A stretch of 64,000 nucleotides of DNA from Acidobacteriota bacterium (lineage in GTDB: Bacteria; Acidobacteriota; Polarisedimenticolia; SMYD01): NCBI GenBank assembly GCA_046757965.1, contig JBHHZI010000003.1, positions 795 through 64,794 of the forward strand, given 5' to 3'. The position numbers and the translations under genes are program-made. This document shows positions 27,718-39,677 of the stretch, in pieces; the stretch's first letter is position 1, and each line of letters opens with the position of its first letter. The notes below the pieces were generated by a model that did no database searches, was not told the DNA's origin, and saw nothing but the letters and a program-made list of their open reading frames with translations.

Positions 27718-30543
27718 GTGCGGCACCCGCTGCAAGCTGTCTTGCTCGTCACCGGTCTCGTCTGGGCGTCCCTGGGGACGCCATGGGCGGCGTCCGGGCG
27801 CGTGCCCGTCGGCATCGCCATGACCGGTGATGCGGCGGCGGGCGGCGTGATCGGCGGCCCGGCCTTTCCATACGCGCCGACCATCGACGGCAGTGACGGG
27901 TCGGTCCTGTTCGTTGCCCGGCTCATCGAAGGCGCCGCCGCTCACGGCATCCTGGCCACCGCTTCCGATCTACCCACCGCGACGCGTTTCTTGAGTGGCG
28001 ACGGGACCACGCCGGCCCGGCCCTGGCTCGAGTTTCTGCCGCCGGCCGCGTGTTCCCCGGGCATGACGTTCTGGACCCGTCTGGCTCCCGGAGACCCCTC
28101 GGCTCCCGGTGCCAGCGGTCTGCTGCTCGTGGTTCCGGGGCAGGAGATCACGGTGGCGCGCACGGGAGACCCCGCTCCAGGGGGCGGCAACTTCCTCGCC
28201 CTGGGAGCTGCACCCCAGATCGACACCGCCGGGCAGGTCGTCTTCCTCGCCGCCTGGTCGGACGCGACCGGCAGTGGTTCGGGCATCTACCGCCGCAGGA
28301 CGGACGGTGTGATGGAACGGCTCCTCCGCAGCGGCGACCCCGCGCCGGGCGGTGGTCTGCTGGCCGACATCGGCACACCGGTCATGAGCTGTGACGGCCG
28401 GCTGGCCGTGACCGCCACCGTGGACGAGACGACCACCTTTGCCTCGGTGCTCCTGTCCGGGACGCCGGCGATGCTGGAGCCGGTGCTGACCACGGGGCAG
28501 CCGCTGCCCGGCGGCGGCCATCTGCTCGACATCCCTCAGCCAGCCGCGCTCGGCGCGGATAGTGAACTGTTCGTCGTGGTCGTCGACGATCTGTCCGGCG
28601 GCGCGCTCCTCCGGATCGACGCCGGTGGAGTCCTTTCCGTCGCCGCTCGCGTCGGCGATGCGTCGCCGCGCGGCTCGACCCTGGCCGCGCTGGGACGACC
28701 GACCGCACTGGCGCCGGGCCAGGCGGCCGTGCGAGCGGAACTCTCCGACGGGACCGGCTTTCCGCCGGGAGCCATGCCGGTGATCATCCTGGGTTCCCCG
28801 GCTGGAGCGACGTCGTTCGACGAGCTGCTGGCGGTGGGAGACGTTCTGGCCGATGGCAGCCGGATCGACGATCTGGGAGCGCCGGCCGGCGACGGCGCGG
28901 GTCACTTCGCCGTCGTCTCGCAACAGACCGGGACAGGATTGCGGGCGGAGATCTTGCAGTGGTCGTCCACCGGACTGACCCGCCTGGCCGGTACCGGGGA
29001 CACCATCGATGGAGGCCAGCGGCTTCTCGATGGAGGGTTCGCCAGCGCGGTGCCGGCCGTTCTCTCCGATGGCCGGGTCGCCTTCGTGGCGCGGTTGCAG
29101 GGCGCCGCAGCTCCCCGAGGATTGTTCTTGGCCGGGTGGGCGTCACCGCCGGCCCTGCTCGTTGCCGAGGGCGACGAGGTCCCCGGCAGCGGACCGGTGG
29201 CCTCCCTGGACGGTTCCCCGACTCCGATCGGCGCGGCCGATCTGGCCATCGCCGTGTCCATGGGCGCCGCAAGGACTCCAGCGTATCTGCTCGTGCCTGC
29301 CTCCGGCTCCCCCACCATCCGACTGGCCGCCGGATCGCCGACACCACTCGGCGGCACCTTCCGGACGCTCGGCCGCGCGGCCGACGGTGCCGCGGACGGG
29401 CGGCTCACGTTCACGGCCACGCTGTCCGGCACGGCCGCCTCGTCGGGTGTGTTCGTCAGCGCCGCCTCCGGATCGACGTCCACCGTGGCCCAGGCGGGCG
29501 AAACCGCACCCGGCGGCGAGACGTTCACCAGCTTCGGTTTCTCGCCGTCGGGCAACGCCCCGGGAACGACGGCCTTCCTGGCGTTCCTCTCCGGCGGCAC
29601 CGTGGGAAGCGGAATCTTCACCGCCGCAGGCGCGGCTCCCGCGGGAGCAGCTCTTCCCGTCCCGGTCGAGGTGGCGCGCAGCGGGACTCCCGCCCCTGGC
29701 GGCGGGAGTTTCACCCGGCTCTACGACCCCGTCGAGTCATCCACCGGCGCGGTGGCCTTCCTGGCCGATCTCGACACCGGCGGGCGGGGCCTGTTTCGCT
29801 GGCAGGGCGGTGTCCTGGATCGATTGCTCGGCACCGGCGACGGTCTGACCGGGGCGGGGACGATCAGCGGGCTGACCCGGCCCCGCATCGATGCAACGGA
29901 CGTGGTCGCCGTCCTCGCCGACGTGGCCGGCGCCGGATTCACGCAGGCCGTCCTCTCCGTATCGGGCAGCGGCATCCCGGCGGACATCGTCGCCACGGAC
30001 GGGGAGACCGTGGCCCCCGGGCTCTCCGTGGCCTCCATCGGCGCTCTCGCCGCCGGTCCAACGCCACCGCTCACCGCGGCAGTCGATCTGGAGGGCTGGA
30101 GTCCCGGCGCCGCCGTGGTCTCCTTCACACCGGACGGCGACGGAGACGGATCGGGCGACCCGGTGGACTGCGCGCCGACCAACCCGGGCGTCTTCGCCGT
30201 GCCTCCCGGCGTGACCAACCTGCGTGTCGCTCTGTCCGACATCAACGGGAGCCTCGACCTGGCATGGGATTCTGTCGGCGGCGCGGCCGGCAGCGCCAGT
30301 GTCCACGACATCCTGTCCGGCTCGGTGGCCATGCTGACCACCACCACCCCGTTTGGCGATGCGTCCTGCGTGGCGAGCGATCTGCCGGCCGCATCAACCA
30401 CGGTCCCGGGAGGTGGAGGTGATCTCTGGTTTCTCGCCCGGGGTCGCAACACCTGCGGTCAGGGAACACTCGATTCCGGCGACCCAAGTCCGGCGGCCGG
30501 TGCGGCGCGCGCGGCGCTCGACGGACTGTCCTGTTCGCCGTGA
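27718..30543 (+). CDS. large secreted repeat protein (beta-propeller-like) with about 9 GD(P/T)APGGG-x-F repeats and a Cys-containing C-terminal domain
   Basis: Signal peptide; recurring TGDPAPGGGNF, SGDPAPGGGLL, TGQPLPGGGHL, SGTPAPGGGSF and AGETAPGGETF units; C-terminal ..CAPTNPGVF..NTCGQGTLDSG. Confidence 0.6.
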   Translation: MRHPLQAVLLVTGLVWASLGTPWAASGRVPVGIAMTGDAAAGGVIGGPAFPYAPTIDGSDGSVLFVARLIEGAAAHGILATASDLPTATRFLSGDGTTPARPWLEFLPPAACSPGMTFWTRLAPGDPSAPGASGLLLVVPGQEITVARTGDPAPGGGNFLALGAAPQIDTAGQVVFLAAWSDATGSGSGIYRRRTDGVMERLLRSGDPAPGGGLLADIGTPVMSCDGRLAVTATVDETTTFASVLLSGTPAMLEPVLTTGQPLPGGGHLLDIPQPAALGADSELFVVVVDDLSGGALLRIDAGGVLSVAARVGDASPRGSTLAALGRPTALAPGQAAVRAELSDGTGFPPGAMPVIILGSPAGATSFDELLAVGDVLADGSRIDDLGAPAGDGAGHFAVVSQQTGTGLRAEILQWSSTGLTRLAGTGDTIDGGQRLLDGGFASAVPAVLSDGRVAFVARLQGAAAPRGLFLAGWASPPALLVAEGDEVPGSGPVASLDGSPTPIGAADLAIAVSMGAARTPAYLLVPASGSPTIRLAAGSPTPLGGTFRTLGRAADGAADGRLTFTATLSGTAASSGVFVSAASGSTSTVAQAGETAPGGETFTSFGFSPSGNAPGTTAFLAFLSGGTVGSGIFTAAGAAPAGAALPVPVEVARSGTPAPGGGSFTRLYDPVESSTGAVAFLADLDTGGRGLFRWQGGVLDRLLGTGDGLTGAGTISGLTRPRIDATDVVAVLADVAGAGFTQAVLSVSGSGIPADIVATDGETVAPGLSVASIGALAAGPTPPLTAAVDLEGWSPGAAVVSFTPDGDGDGSGDPVDCAPTNPGVFAVPPGVTNLRVALSDINGSLDLAWDSVGGAAGSASVHDILSGSVAMLTTTTPFGDASCVASDLPAASTTVPGGGGDLWFLARGRNTCGQGTLDSGDPSPAAGAARAALDGLSCSP

Positions 30544-30564
30544 CCCCGGCGCCAGTCACCCCGG

Positions 30565-31593
30565 TCAGCTGAACCGGGTCAATGCCGCGGTGCCGTGAAG
30601 ACCGGCCATCGCGAAGGCCCAGAGACACACGCCGGCGGCCGCCCAGGCGGCCAGCCGCCACCAGCCGGCATCCCGACGGGGCCGCCCCGCAGGCACGACG
30701 AGCCCGAGAAGGCCACCGGTGAGGAGTCCGCCGATGTGCGCGAAGTTGTCCGCCCCGACGACGAAGCCGAACACCAGGACATAGAGAATCCACCGGCCCA
30801 TGGTGCGGACCAGATGCGACCCGAACGGCCCACCCCGTCGCCAGCCATACGCCATGGCCAGTCCCACGATCGACAGCACGGCGCCGGAGGCCCCGACATA
30901 CGGGACATTGCCCAGAAACAGTGCAGGACGCAGGAAGTTGGAAGCCAGCCCTCCTCCCACCCCCCCGACCAGGTAGACCACCCAGAGCTTGGCGCCTCCG
31001 TACTCCTCTTCCATGACCTTGCCGATCTGCAGCAGGACATAGCAGTTGAAGAACATGTGAAGCAAGCCGGCGTGAATGAACAGAGGCGTGATCAGGCGCC
31101 AGAGTTCTCCGTATTGCAGGATCCACGGGCCGTACCCCCACCCGAACCGCGCCAGGACCTCCGGGCGAAATCCCATCAGCCCCAGAAGCGAGGCGAAGCC
31201 GCCGCCGCGTGACGCCGAGAATCCGGCCACGGCACCCATGAGCACATAGATCGCCGCGTTGGCCGTCACGATCGATGCCGTGGCAATGGCTGACGACGGC
31301 AACAGATGGGCCAGCAGACGGGAAGGTCCCGGGGCGCTCACGTGTGCCACGGGACTGGCGCATTCCGGGCAGACCGATACCTTGCGCGGGATCAGACTGC
31401 GACACGACGGGCACATCTTGTGCTGCCCGGTGACCGCCCGGAAGCGAATGGACCGGTCGGCCTTCGCCGCGGCCCGAGCGCGCTGACGATTCTGCCAGCG
31501 CCATCGAAATCGAGTGCCATTCAGGCCCAGGGAGGTCATCAGTCCGGCGATGGCGTCCACGATTCGATCGAGCACCGGCACCCTGTCATTCAC
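30565..31593 (-). CDS. rhomboid-family intramembrane serine protease with N-terminal cytoplasmic zinc ribbon
   Basis: CPSCRSLIPRKVSVCPEC; rhomboid core ELWRLITPLFIHAG..GASGAV..AHIGG. A GTG at 31593 or the ATG at 31539 could be the start. Confidence 0.7.
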   Translation of the reverse strand: MNDRVPVLDRIVDAIAGLMTSLGLNGTRFRWRWQNRQRARAAAKADRSIRFRAVTGQHKMCPSCRSLIPRKVSVCPECASPVAHVSAPGPSRLLAHLLPSSAIATASIVTANAAIYVLMGAVAGFSASRGGGFASLLGLMGFRPEVLARFGWGYGPWILQYGELWRLITPLFIHAGLLHMFFNCYVLLQIGKVMEEEYGGAKLWVVYLVGGVGGGLASNFLRPALFLGNVPYVGASGAVLSIVGLAMAYGWRRGGPFGSHLVRTMGRWILYVLVFGFVVGADNFAHIGGLLTGGLLGLVVPAGRPRRDAGWWRLAAWAAAGVCLWAFAMAGLHGTAALTRFS

Positions 31594-31689
31594 GCGCGAC
31601 TCCACCGTCCAGTCACAGGACGCAGGCCGCCATGATAGGAGATCCGGCCCGGCCAACCGCGAGATCCCCCGTGTTATCATGCCGATGCC

Positions 31690-32745
31690 ATGCGAGCTGT
31701 ACGCATTCACGAGCATGGGGGCCTGGAGAAGCTGGTCTTCGAGGACATCCCCGTTGCCGATCCGGGCCCTGGCGAGGTCCGGGTCCGCGTCCGGGCCAGC
31801 GGGCTCAACCACCTCGATCTCTGGGTACGTCGCGGCGTTCCCGGTCATCGCTTTCCGTTGCCGATCACGCCGGGGTGTGACGGCGCGGGGAGCATCGACG
31901 CCGTCGGGGTGGGCGTGGACGGCTGGCAACCCGGCGACGACGTCATCCTCGCGCCCGGCCTGTCCTGTGGCATCTGTCCTCGCTGCCTCGAGGGCCAGGA
32001 CCAGTTGTGTGCGGACTACGGCATTCTCGGTGAGACGCGAGACGGCACGAATGCGCCCTACATCGTCCTTCCGGCCCGCAACCTGATGGCCAAACCGGAG
32101 AACCTCGACTTCACCACCGCCGCCGCCTTTCCGCTCACCTTTCTCACCGCGTTTCACATGCTCTCCGACCGGGCAGGCCTGCAGCCGGGCGAGACGATCC
32201 TGATTCACGCCGGAGGGTCCGGCGTCTCGTCGGCAGCCATCCAGATCGCCGCACTTCTCGGCGCGCGGATCATCACCACGGCCGGCTCACCCGAAAAGCT
32301 CGAGCGGGCGCGCGAACTCGGAGCCGAGCATGGAATCAATTACCGGAACGAGAGCTTCTCCAGGCGCGTCAAGGAAATCACGAATCGATCGGGGGTCGAC
32401 GTGGTGCTCGACCACATCGGTTCGGACACCTTCTCGGAATCGCTCCGCTGCCTGGCCAGGGGGGGCCGCTACGTCTTCTGTGGAGCCACCTCCGGCTTCG
32501 AGATGAGCGGCGATTTCCGGCCCATCTTCTTCAAGAATCTTTCCATCCTCGGATCGACCATGGGAAGCCAGGGCGAGTTGAGGCGACTGCGTGACCTGGT
32601 CGTCGCCGGCCGCCTCACACCGGTGGTGGACGAGATCGTCCCCCTGGAACGGGTGGCAGACGCCCATCGCCGACTGGAGAATCGGGAAACCATCGGCAAG
32701 ATCGTCTTCGACCTCGACAGCTCGCCCCGAGGGGCGGCAGGATGA
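31690..32745 (+). CDS. NADPH:quinone oxidoreductase / zinc-type alcohol dehydrogenase family
   Basis: MDR-family fold, with GGSGVSSAAIQIA cofactor motif. Confidence 0.8.
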   Translation: MRAVRIHEHGGLEKLVFEDIPVADPGPGEVRVRVRASGLNHLDLWVRRGVPGHRFPLPITPGCDGAGSIDAVGVGVDGWQPGDDVILAPGLSCGICPRCLEGQDQLCADYGILGETRDGTNAPYIVLPARNLMAKPENLDFTTAAAFPLTFLTAFHMLSDRAGLQPGETILIHAGGSGVSSAAIQIAALLGARIITTAGSPEKLERARELGAEHGINYRNESFSRRVKEITNRSGVDVVLDHIGSDTFSESLRCLARGGRYVFCGATSGFEMSGDFRPIFFKNLSILGSTMGSQGELRRLRDLVVAGRLTPVVDEIVPLERVADAHRRLENRETIGKIVFDLDSSPRGAAG

Positions 32746-33470
32746 GTCCGGATGTCGTGGCGAGCTTCGCGATCTGGTTCCTGGTGTTCCTCTTCTCCCT
32801 GACGGCCCACGAGGCCGCCCACGCCGCTGCTGCCTATCTCGGAGGGGACGACACGGCCTACCGGGGTGGCCAGGTCAGCCTCAACCCCGTGCCCCACATC
32901 ATGCGGGAACCGTTCGGGACCATCCTCGTGCCGGTGTTCACCTTTTTCACCGCCGGCTGGATGATGGGGTGGGCCTCGACCCCGTACGATCCCGAGTGGG
33001 GCCGGCGTTGCCCTCGCCGGCAGGCGGTCATGTCCCTGGCCGGCCCGGCCGCGAATCTGCTCATCGCGCTGGTGGCGTTCGGGATCCTTCGCCTGCTCCT
33101 CGCCCAGGGCCTGTTCCAGGCGCCGGACCATATCGATCTCGGTAAAGGCCTCGGACATCTCGTCGAGCCCGCCAGCGGCAACGCCTCGGGCCCGCTGGCC
33201 TTCGCCGGAACCCTGCTGTCGGTGGCCCTCAACCTCAACGTCCTCCTGGGCCTGTTCAATCTCCTGCCGATCCCGCCCCTGGACGGCGCCGGGGTGGTCG
33301 AGGGTCTCTTTCCCGACACCGCCGGCCGGGCCCTGATGATGCTGCGTGCCAACCCGATGCTCTCGCTTCTCAGCCTGCTCGCGGCGTGGAAGCTGTTCGG
33401 CTGGCTGGCCACTCCCGCACTGGGTGGCGTCCTGGAACTGGTCCACCCGGCCATCTACCGGAGTCTCTAG
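32742..33470 (+). CDS. M50 (site-2 protease) family zinc metalloprotease
   Basis: HEAAH zinc motif in TM1, and the LLPIPPLDG motif. Its ATG overlaps the upstream stop as ATGA. Confidence 0.7.
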   Translation: MSPDVVASFAIWFLVFLFSLTAHEAAHAAAAYLGGDDTAYRGGQVSLNPVPHIMREPFGTILVPVFTFFTAGWMMGWASTPYDPEWGRRCPRRQAVMSLAGPAANLLIALVAFGILRLLLAQGLFQAPDHIDLGKGLGHLVEPASGNASGPLAFAGTLLSVALNLNVLLGLFNLLPIPPLDGAGVVEGLFPDTAGRALMMLRANPMLSLLSLLAAWKLFGWLATPALGGVLELVHPAIYRSL

Positions 33471-33497
33471 CCGCCGGGCGGCCGGACGGCTCGGGTG

Positions 33498-33986
33498 TCA
33501 GTGCGCCGCGATGTCGCCGGCGGCGACCTGGATGAGATGGTTGCCCAGCAGGTCGGTGAGCGCCAGGCGGATCGAATCGACGTGGCCCATGGCATCGAGG
33601 TAGGCCACACCACAGAAATGACAGTCGAGAACCGGCGCCTCGATCTCGACCAGGGTGGACGGCGATCGCGGGTGCGGGATCACGGCACTCAGACGCCCCG
33701 GTCGACTGTTCGCCCAGAGACGCTCGTGACACGTGGGGCACGAGCGGCCGAACAGACGGCGCGGCAGGACCCAGGCGGCGCCTCCGGTGAGCGCCCGGAA
33801 CAGATCGCTGCCCAGTTCCGGTTCTCCCCAGTACACGCCGGGACATCCGCCGGCACAGGCTCGCGCCGGGAGACGGTGCGCCGCGATACGGATCTTGCCG
33901 GAGCTTCCACGGGCATCGACGGGTGCGGCGCGGATGAGACTCTTCCGACATCGTCGGCACACCGTGGCCTGGCGCATCGTTCGCAT
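33498..33986 (-). CDS. Cys-rich hypothetical protein (CRRC..CAGGC..CPTCH..CHFC)
   Basis: Only long ORF in the region with plausible composition. It is convergent with the M50 gene and divergent from selW. Confidence 0.3.
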   Translation of the reverse strand: MRTMRQATVCRRCRKSLIRAAPVDARGSSGKIRIAAHRLPARACAGGCPGVYWGEPELGSDLFRALTGGAAWVLPRRLFGRSCPTCHERLWANSRPGRLSAVIPHPRSPSTLVEIEAPVLDCHFCGVAYLDAMGHVDSIRLALTDLLGNHLIQVAAGDIAAH

Positions 33987-34163
33987 TCGTGTCTCGCCCT
34001 TTCAGCGGCAATATAGGGTCGGCGGTGACAGACGACCACCGGCTCCGTTTCTCGACCGCCAGCGCCCTTCCCGCGCGATCCCCGGGCTGCTTGCGCGCCG
34101 CCACCGGCGGTTGGTAAGGTGACGTCGCGGCCCGGCCGGACTCGATTCACGGAGGTGAGCAGC

Positions 34164-34388
34164 GTGAAGATCCGTATCGAATACTGCGGCGTTTGAAACT
34201 ACCTTCCGCGGGCCACCAGTCTGGCGGCCGAGATCGAGAAGGAATTCCAGGTGACATCAGAACTCGTCAAGGGTTCCGGCGGTGTGTTCGAGATCTCCGT
34301 GGACGGGGATCTGATCTTCTCCAAGAAGGCAACCGGTCGGTTTCCCGACGACGGTGAGGTGGCACGAGCCATCCGGGAGAAGGGCTGA
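34164..34388 (+). CDS. selW: SelW/Rdx-family selenoprotein, with an in-frame UGA (selenocysteine) at 34194-34196
   Basis: Translation is MKIRIEYCGV-U-NYLPRATSLAAEIEKEF...GGVFEISVDGDLIFSKKATGRFPDDGEVARAIREKG, which has the Rdx CxxU motif and a conserved C-terminus. GGAGG sits 8 nt upstream of the GTG. The gene is absent from the ORF track because of the TGA. Confidence 0.7.
34211..34229 (+). ncRNA. SECIS-like hairpin (GGCCACC-AGUCU-GGCGGCC), 14 nt downstream of the UGA
   Basis: A 7-bp stem with one A.C mismatch, and G and U in the apical loop. Position and form are consistent with a bacterial SECIS. Confidence 0.4.
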
Positions 34389-34391
34389 TTC

Positions 34392-34700
34392 GTGGAGGAG
34401 GCGAGCTGGCATGATGCTGCTGCACTGGCGGACCTCGACGAGGAGATCGGCATTCCCGTGCGGATCGGCAGCACGGCCATCGCGCTGTTTCGTGCAGCGG
34501 ACAGGGTCTATGCCCTCGACGACTTCTGCCCCCATCAGGGCAGTCCCCTGTCCAGTGGCCTCACACGGGACGGTGTGCTCACCTGTCCTCTGCACGCCTG
34601 GCAGTTTCGACTGTCCGACGGCGCCAACGTGGATGGTGGGCCCGGGCTGTGCGCCTACCCGGTTCGCGTGCTCGACGGCCGCATCCAGGTCAAGAGCTGA
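34392..34700 (+). CDS. Rieske [2Fe-2S] domain protein (NirD-like small subunit)
   Basis: CPHQG...CPLHAW Rieske ligands. It starts 4 nt after the selW stop. Confidence 0.7.
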   Translation: MEEASWHDAAALADLDEEIGIPVRIGSTAIALFRAADRVYALDDFCPHQGSPLSSGLTRDGVLTCPLHAWQFRLSDGANVDGGPGLCAYPVRVLDGRIQVKS

Positions 34701-34743
34701 CGCTCGCGTCAGGGCTCGCGCGAATCGCCTCGATGGTGCCCGG

Positions 34744-35613
34744 TCAGTTCGAGGAGGGCAGCAGACGGTGCAACGTCTGGACGTACGACCGCATGGCCGT
34801 CGCGTCCTGCGCCCGGGGGGCCAGTTCCAGATAACGTTCCAGGTCGGTGAGCGCCTCGGCGAACAGCAGACTTCGATAGGCGAGCACACCTCGATCCCTG
34901 ATCTCCTCCGCGTTCTCGGGCTGCAGGATCAGGATGGCATCGATGATCCGGCGAGCGTGCCGAAGATCATCACCGTGCAGGTAGACCGCCTTGAGATTGT
35001 GAAGTATCCGTTCGATGATGCGCCGCCTGGGCGTCGGCATCAGATACTCGGGCTGAAGCTCGAGACGACCGCCGGTCACACGCGACAGGAGCCTGCCGCA
35101 TCCGTCCTCGTCGAGAATCGCGCCGGCGTGAAACGGATCGACAAAGAGGGCCGGGCTGACGCCCGCCACCCGGACGATGAAGTGGGCGGGCATTCCGACA
35201 CCGACCATGTCGATCCCCACTCGTCCGGCCACCTCGAGATAGATCACCGAGAGCATCACCGGGAGCCCGGTTCGCCGCTTCAGGACGGCGTTCAGGTACG
35301 AGCTGCGCGGATCGCTGCCGTGGTCCCGGCCCGGGCCGTGAAACCCCTCCTCCTCGAACAGCACCCGGTTGATGGCCGCCAGACGATCCCGTATGTCCGC
35401 CCCCTCTCCCGGGTCCACCCGGGTGCATGTTGCCGCCAGCCGGTCGAGCTGGCCCAGACAGTTCGCCACATCCAGGTCGGGGTACTCGGCGCGTGCGATC
35501 TGGAGACATGCCCGGGCAACAGAGAAACCGGTCTGATCCCGGCCGACGATGGCCCGGAGCTCGTCGAGACCCGGCCGGCGTTCCGGCGAGGAGGCTCCCG
35601 CTGACGAGGTCAC
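34744..35613 (-). CDS. transglutaminase-like/TPR (SirB1/UPF0162-like) family protein
   Basis: C-terminal 289 aa of listed ORF 34744..36123. A GTG at 35613 overlaps the upstream stop. Confidence 0.5.
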   Translation of the reverse strand: MTSSAGASSPERRPGLDELRAIVGRDQTGFSVARACLQIARAEYPDLDVANCLGQLDRLAATCTRVDPGEGADIRDRLAAINRVLFEEEGFHGPGRDHGSDPRSSYLNAVLKRRTGLPVMLSVIYLEVAGRVGIDMVGVGMPAHFIVRVAGVSPALFVDPFHAGAILDEDGCGRLLSRVTGGRLELQPEYLMPTPRRRIIERILHNLKAVYLHGDDLRHARRIIDAILILQPENAEEIRDRGVLAYRSLLFAEALTDLERYLELAPRAQDATAMRSYVQTLHRLLPSSN

Positions 35614-36760
35614 GTGGCGTTCGCCGCAGGCGCCGACACGCCGAGCATGTCGCGGCCCGGGGCGAACGGCGTCAGATCCAGGCCGGGCTGCCTCCCGGCG
35701 ACCAGCGCGCCGACGATGTCCGCCGTCACCGGTGCGAGAAGGATGCCGTTCCGATGGTGGCCGGTGGCGATGACGCAGCCGTCGAGTCGGCTCATCCCCA
35801 GCGTCGGGAGCCGGTCCGCGCCGACCGGTCTGAGGCCTCCCCACGCGCCCACGAAGCGGGCTGTCATCAGGTCCGGTCGCAGCCGTGCGGCCGTCAGCAG
35901 GAGACCCGAGACACCGCTCGCCGTTGGCCGGGCATCGAAGCCGGCGTCTTCCGATGTCGAACCGACCACCACGTGGCGGTCGCGCGGTGCCACGTATCCG
36001 ATACGGCTGTACAGGATGCACGCCGGCACCACTCCCGACGGCCCGAGCTCGACGATCTGGCCCCGCTCCGGGCGGATGGCCGGCAGATCCGGAACATCGG
36101 CCGCGAATTGCGCGGACCAGCACCCGGCAGCGATGACGACCAGATCGGCCCGCACGGTCTCGCTGCCGACCCGGACTCCCACCGCCCGTCCCGAGCGCTG
36201 AAGGATCGCGTCGGCCGCGGTCCCCGCCCGGAATCGAACGCCGGACCGGCCCGCCGCCGCCGCCAGGGCTGCCATGAGCCGTACCGGATTGACCAGTGAT
36301 TCATCCGGGAGGAACAGGCCACCGGTGATCTCGTCACCCAGACCTCCGGCGCGGCTCGCGATGGCCTCCCGGTCGATCGATTCGACACGGAGCCCCCGCG
36401 ATTGCTGCCATCTCCGCCGCTCCTCCAGGCGCGAGAGCTCCTTGGCATCCAGCGCGACGACGACCAGCCCCGTCCGGCGATAACCCGTGTCCTCTCCGCC
36501 CCGGTCGACGATCTCCGCCACCCACTCCTCGTAACGGCTTCGCGACAGCAGGCCGAGATCCAGCAGCGGCGTCACCCCGGTTGCCTCCGCCTGGGGAGCG
36601 ATCATTCCGGCCGCGGCAGACGAGGCGCCGGCTCCCGGCCGGGCGCGTTCGAGGACCAGGACACGCCACCCATCGTCGGCCAGGCGCAGCGCGATGGCGC
36701 AGCCGATCACGCCGCCGCCGACCACCACAACCTCGCACGAGGAACGCGGCATCGCAGCCC

Positions 36761-36764
<4 letters not shown>
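35610..36764 (-). CDS. FAD-dependent glycine/D-amino-acid oxidase (ThiO-like)
   Basis: VVVVGGGVIGCAIALRLA dinucleotide motif, DAO-family fold. Confidence 0.7.
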
Positions 36765-39451
<2,687 letters not shown>

Positions 39452-39677
39452 GTGACTCCCGCCGTCGCGCCGCCTCTCCCCTTCAGGCGTCGCAGATCAT
39501 CCTGGTTGGCCAGTTCGACAGGTTCGAGAGCCGGGCGGACCGGCCCGGCAGCCACATTCTACCAGGGTTCTCCGCGACGGTGCCACGCGTCCCCGGGGCG
39601 GCGCAAGCAAGTTCCCCACGCTCCGGCGCTGGCGACAACCGCTTGACAGACGCGCACGCCGTCCGGATCATCTCGGC

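Noticed and set aside
28959-30422. 487-aa alternate-frame ORF, and several minus-strand ORFs, inside the repeat-protein gene
   Set aside because: Frame-shifted readings of the Gly/Pro/Ala-rich repeat gene. Arg-rich with no motifs.
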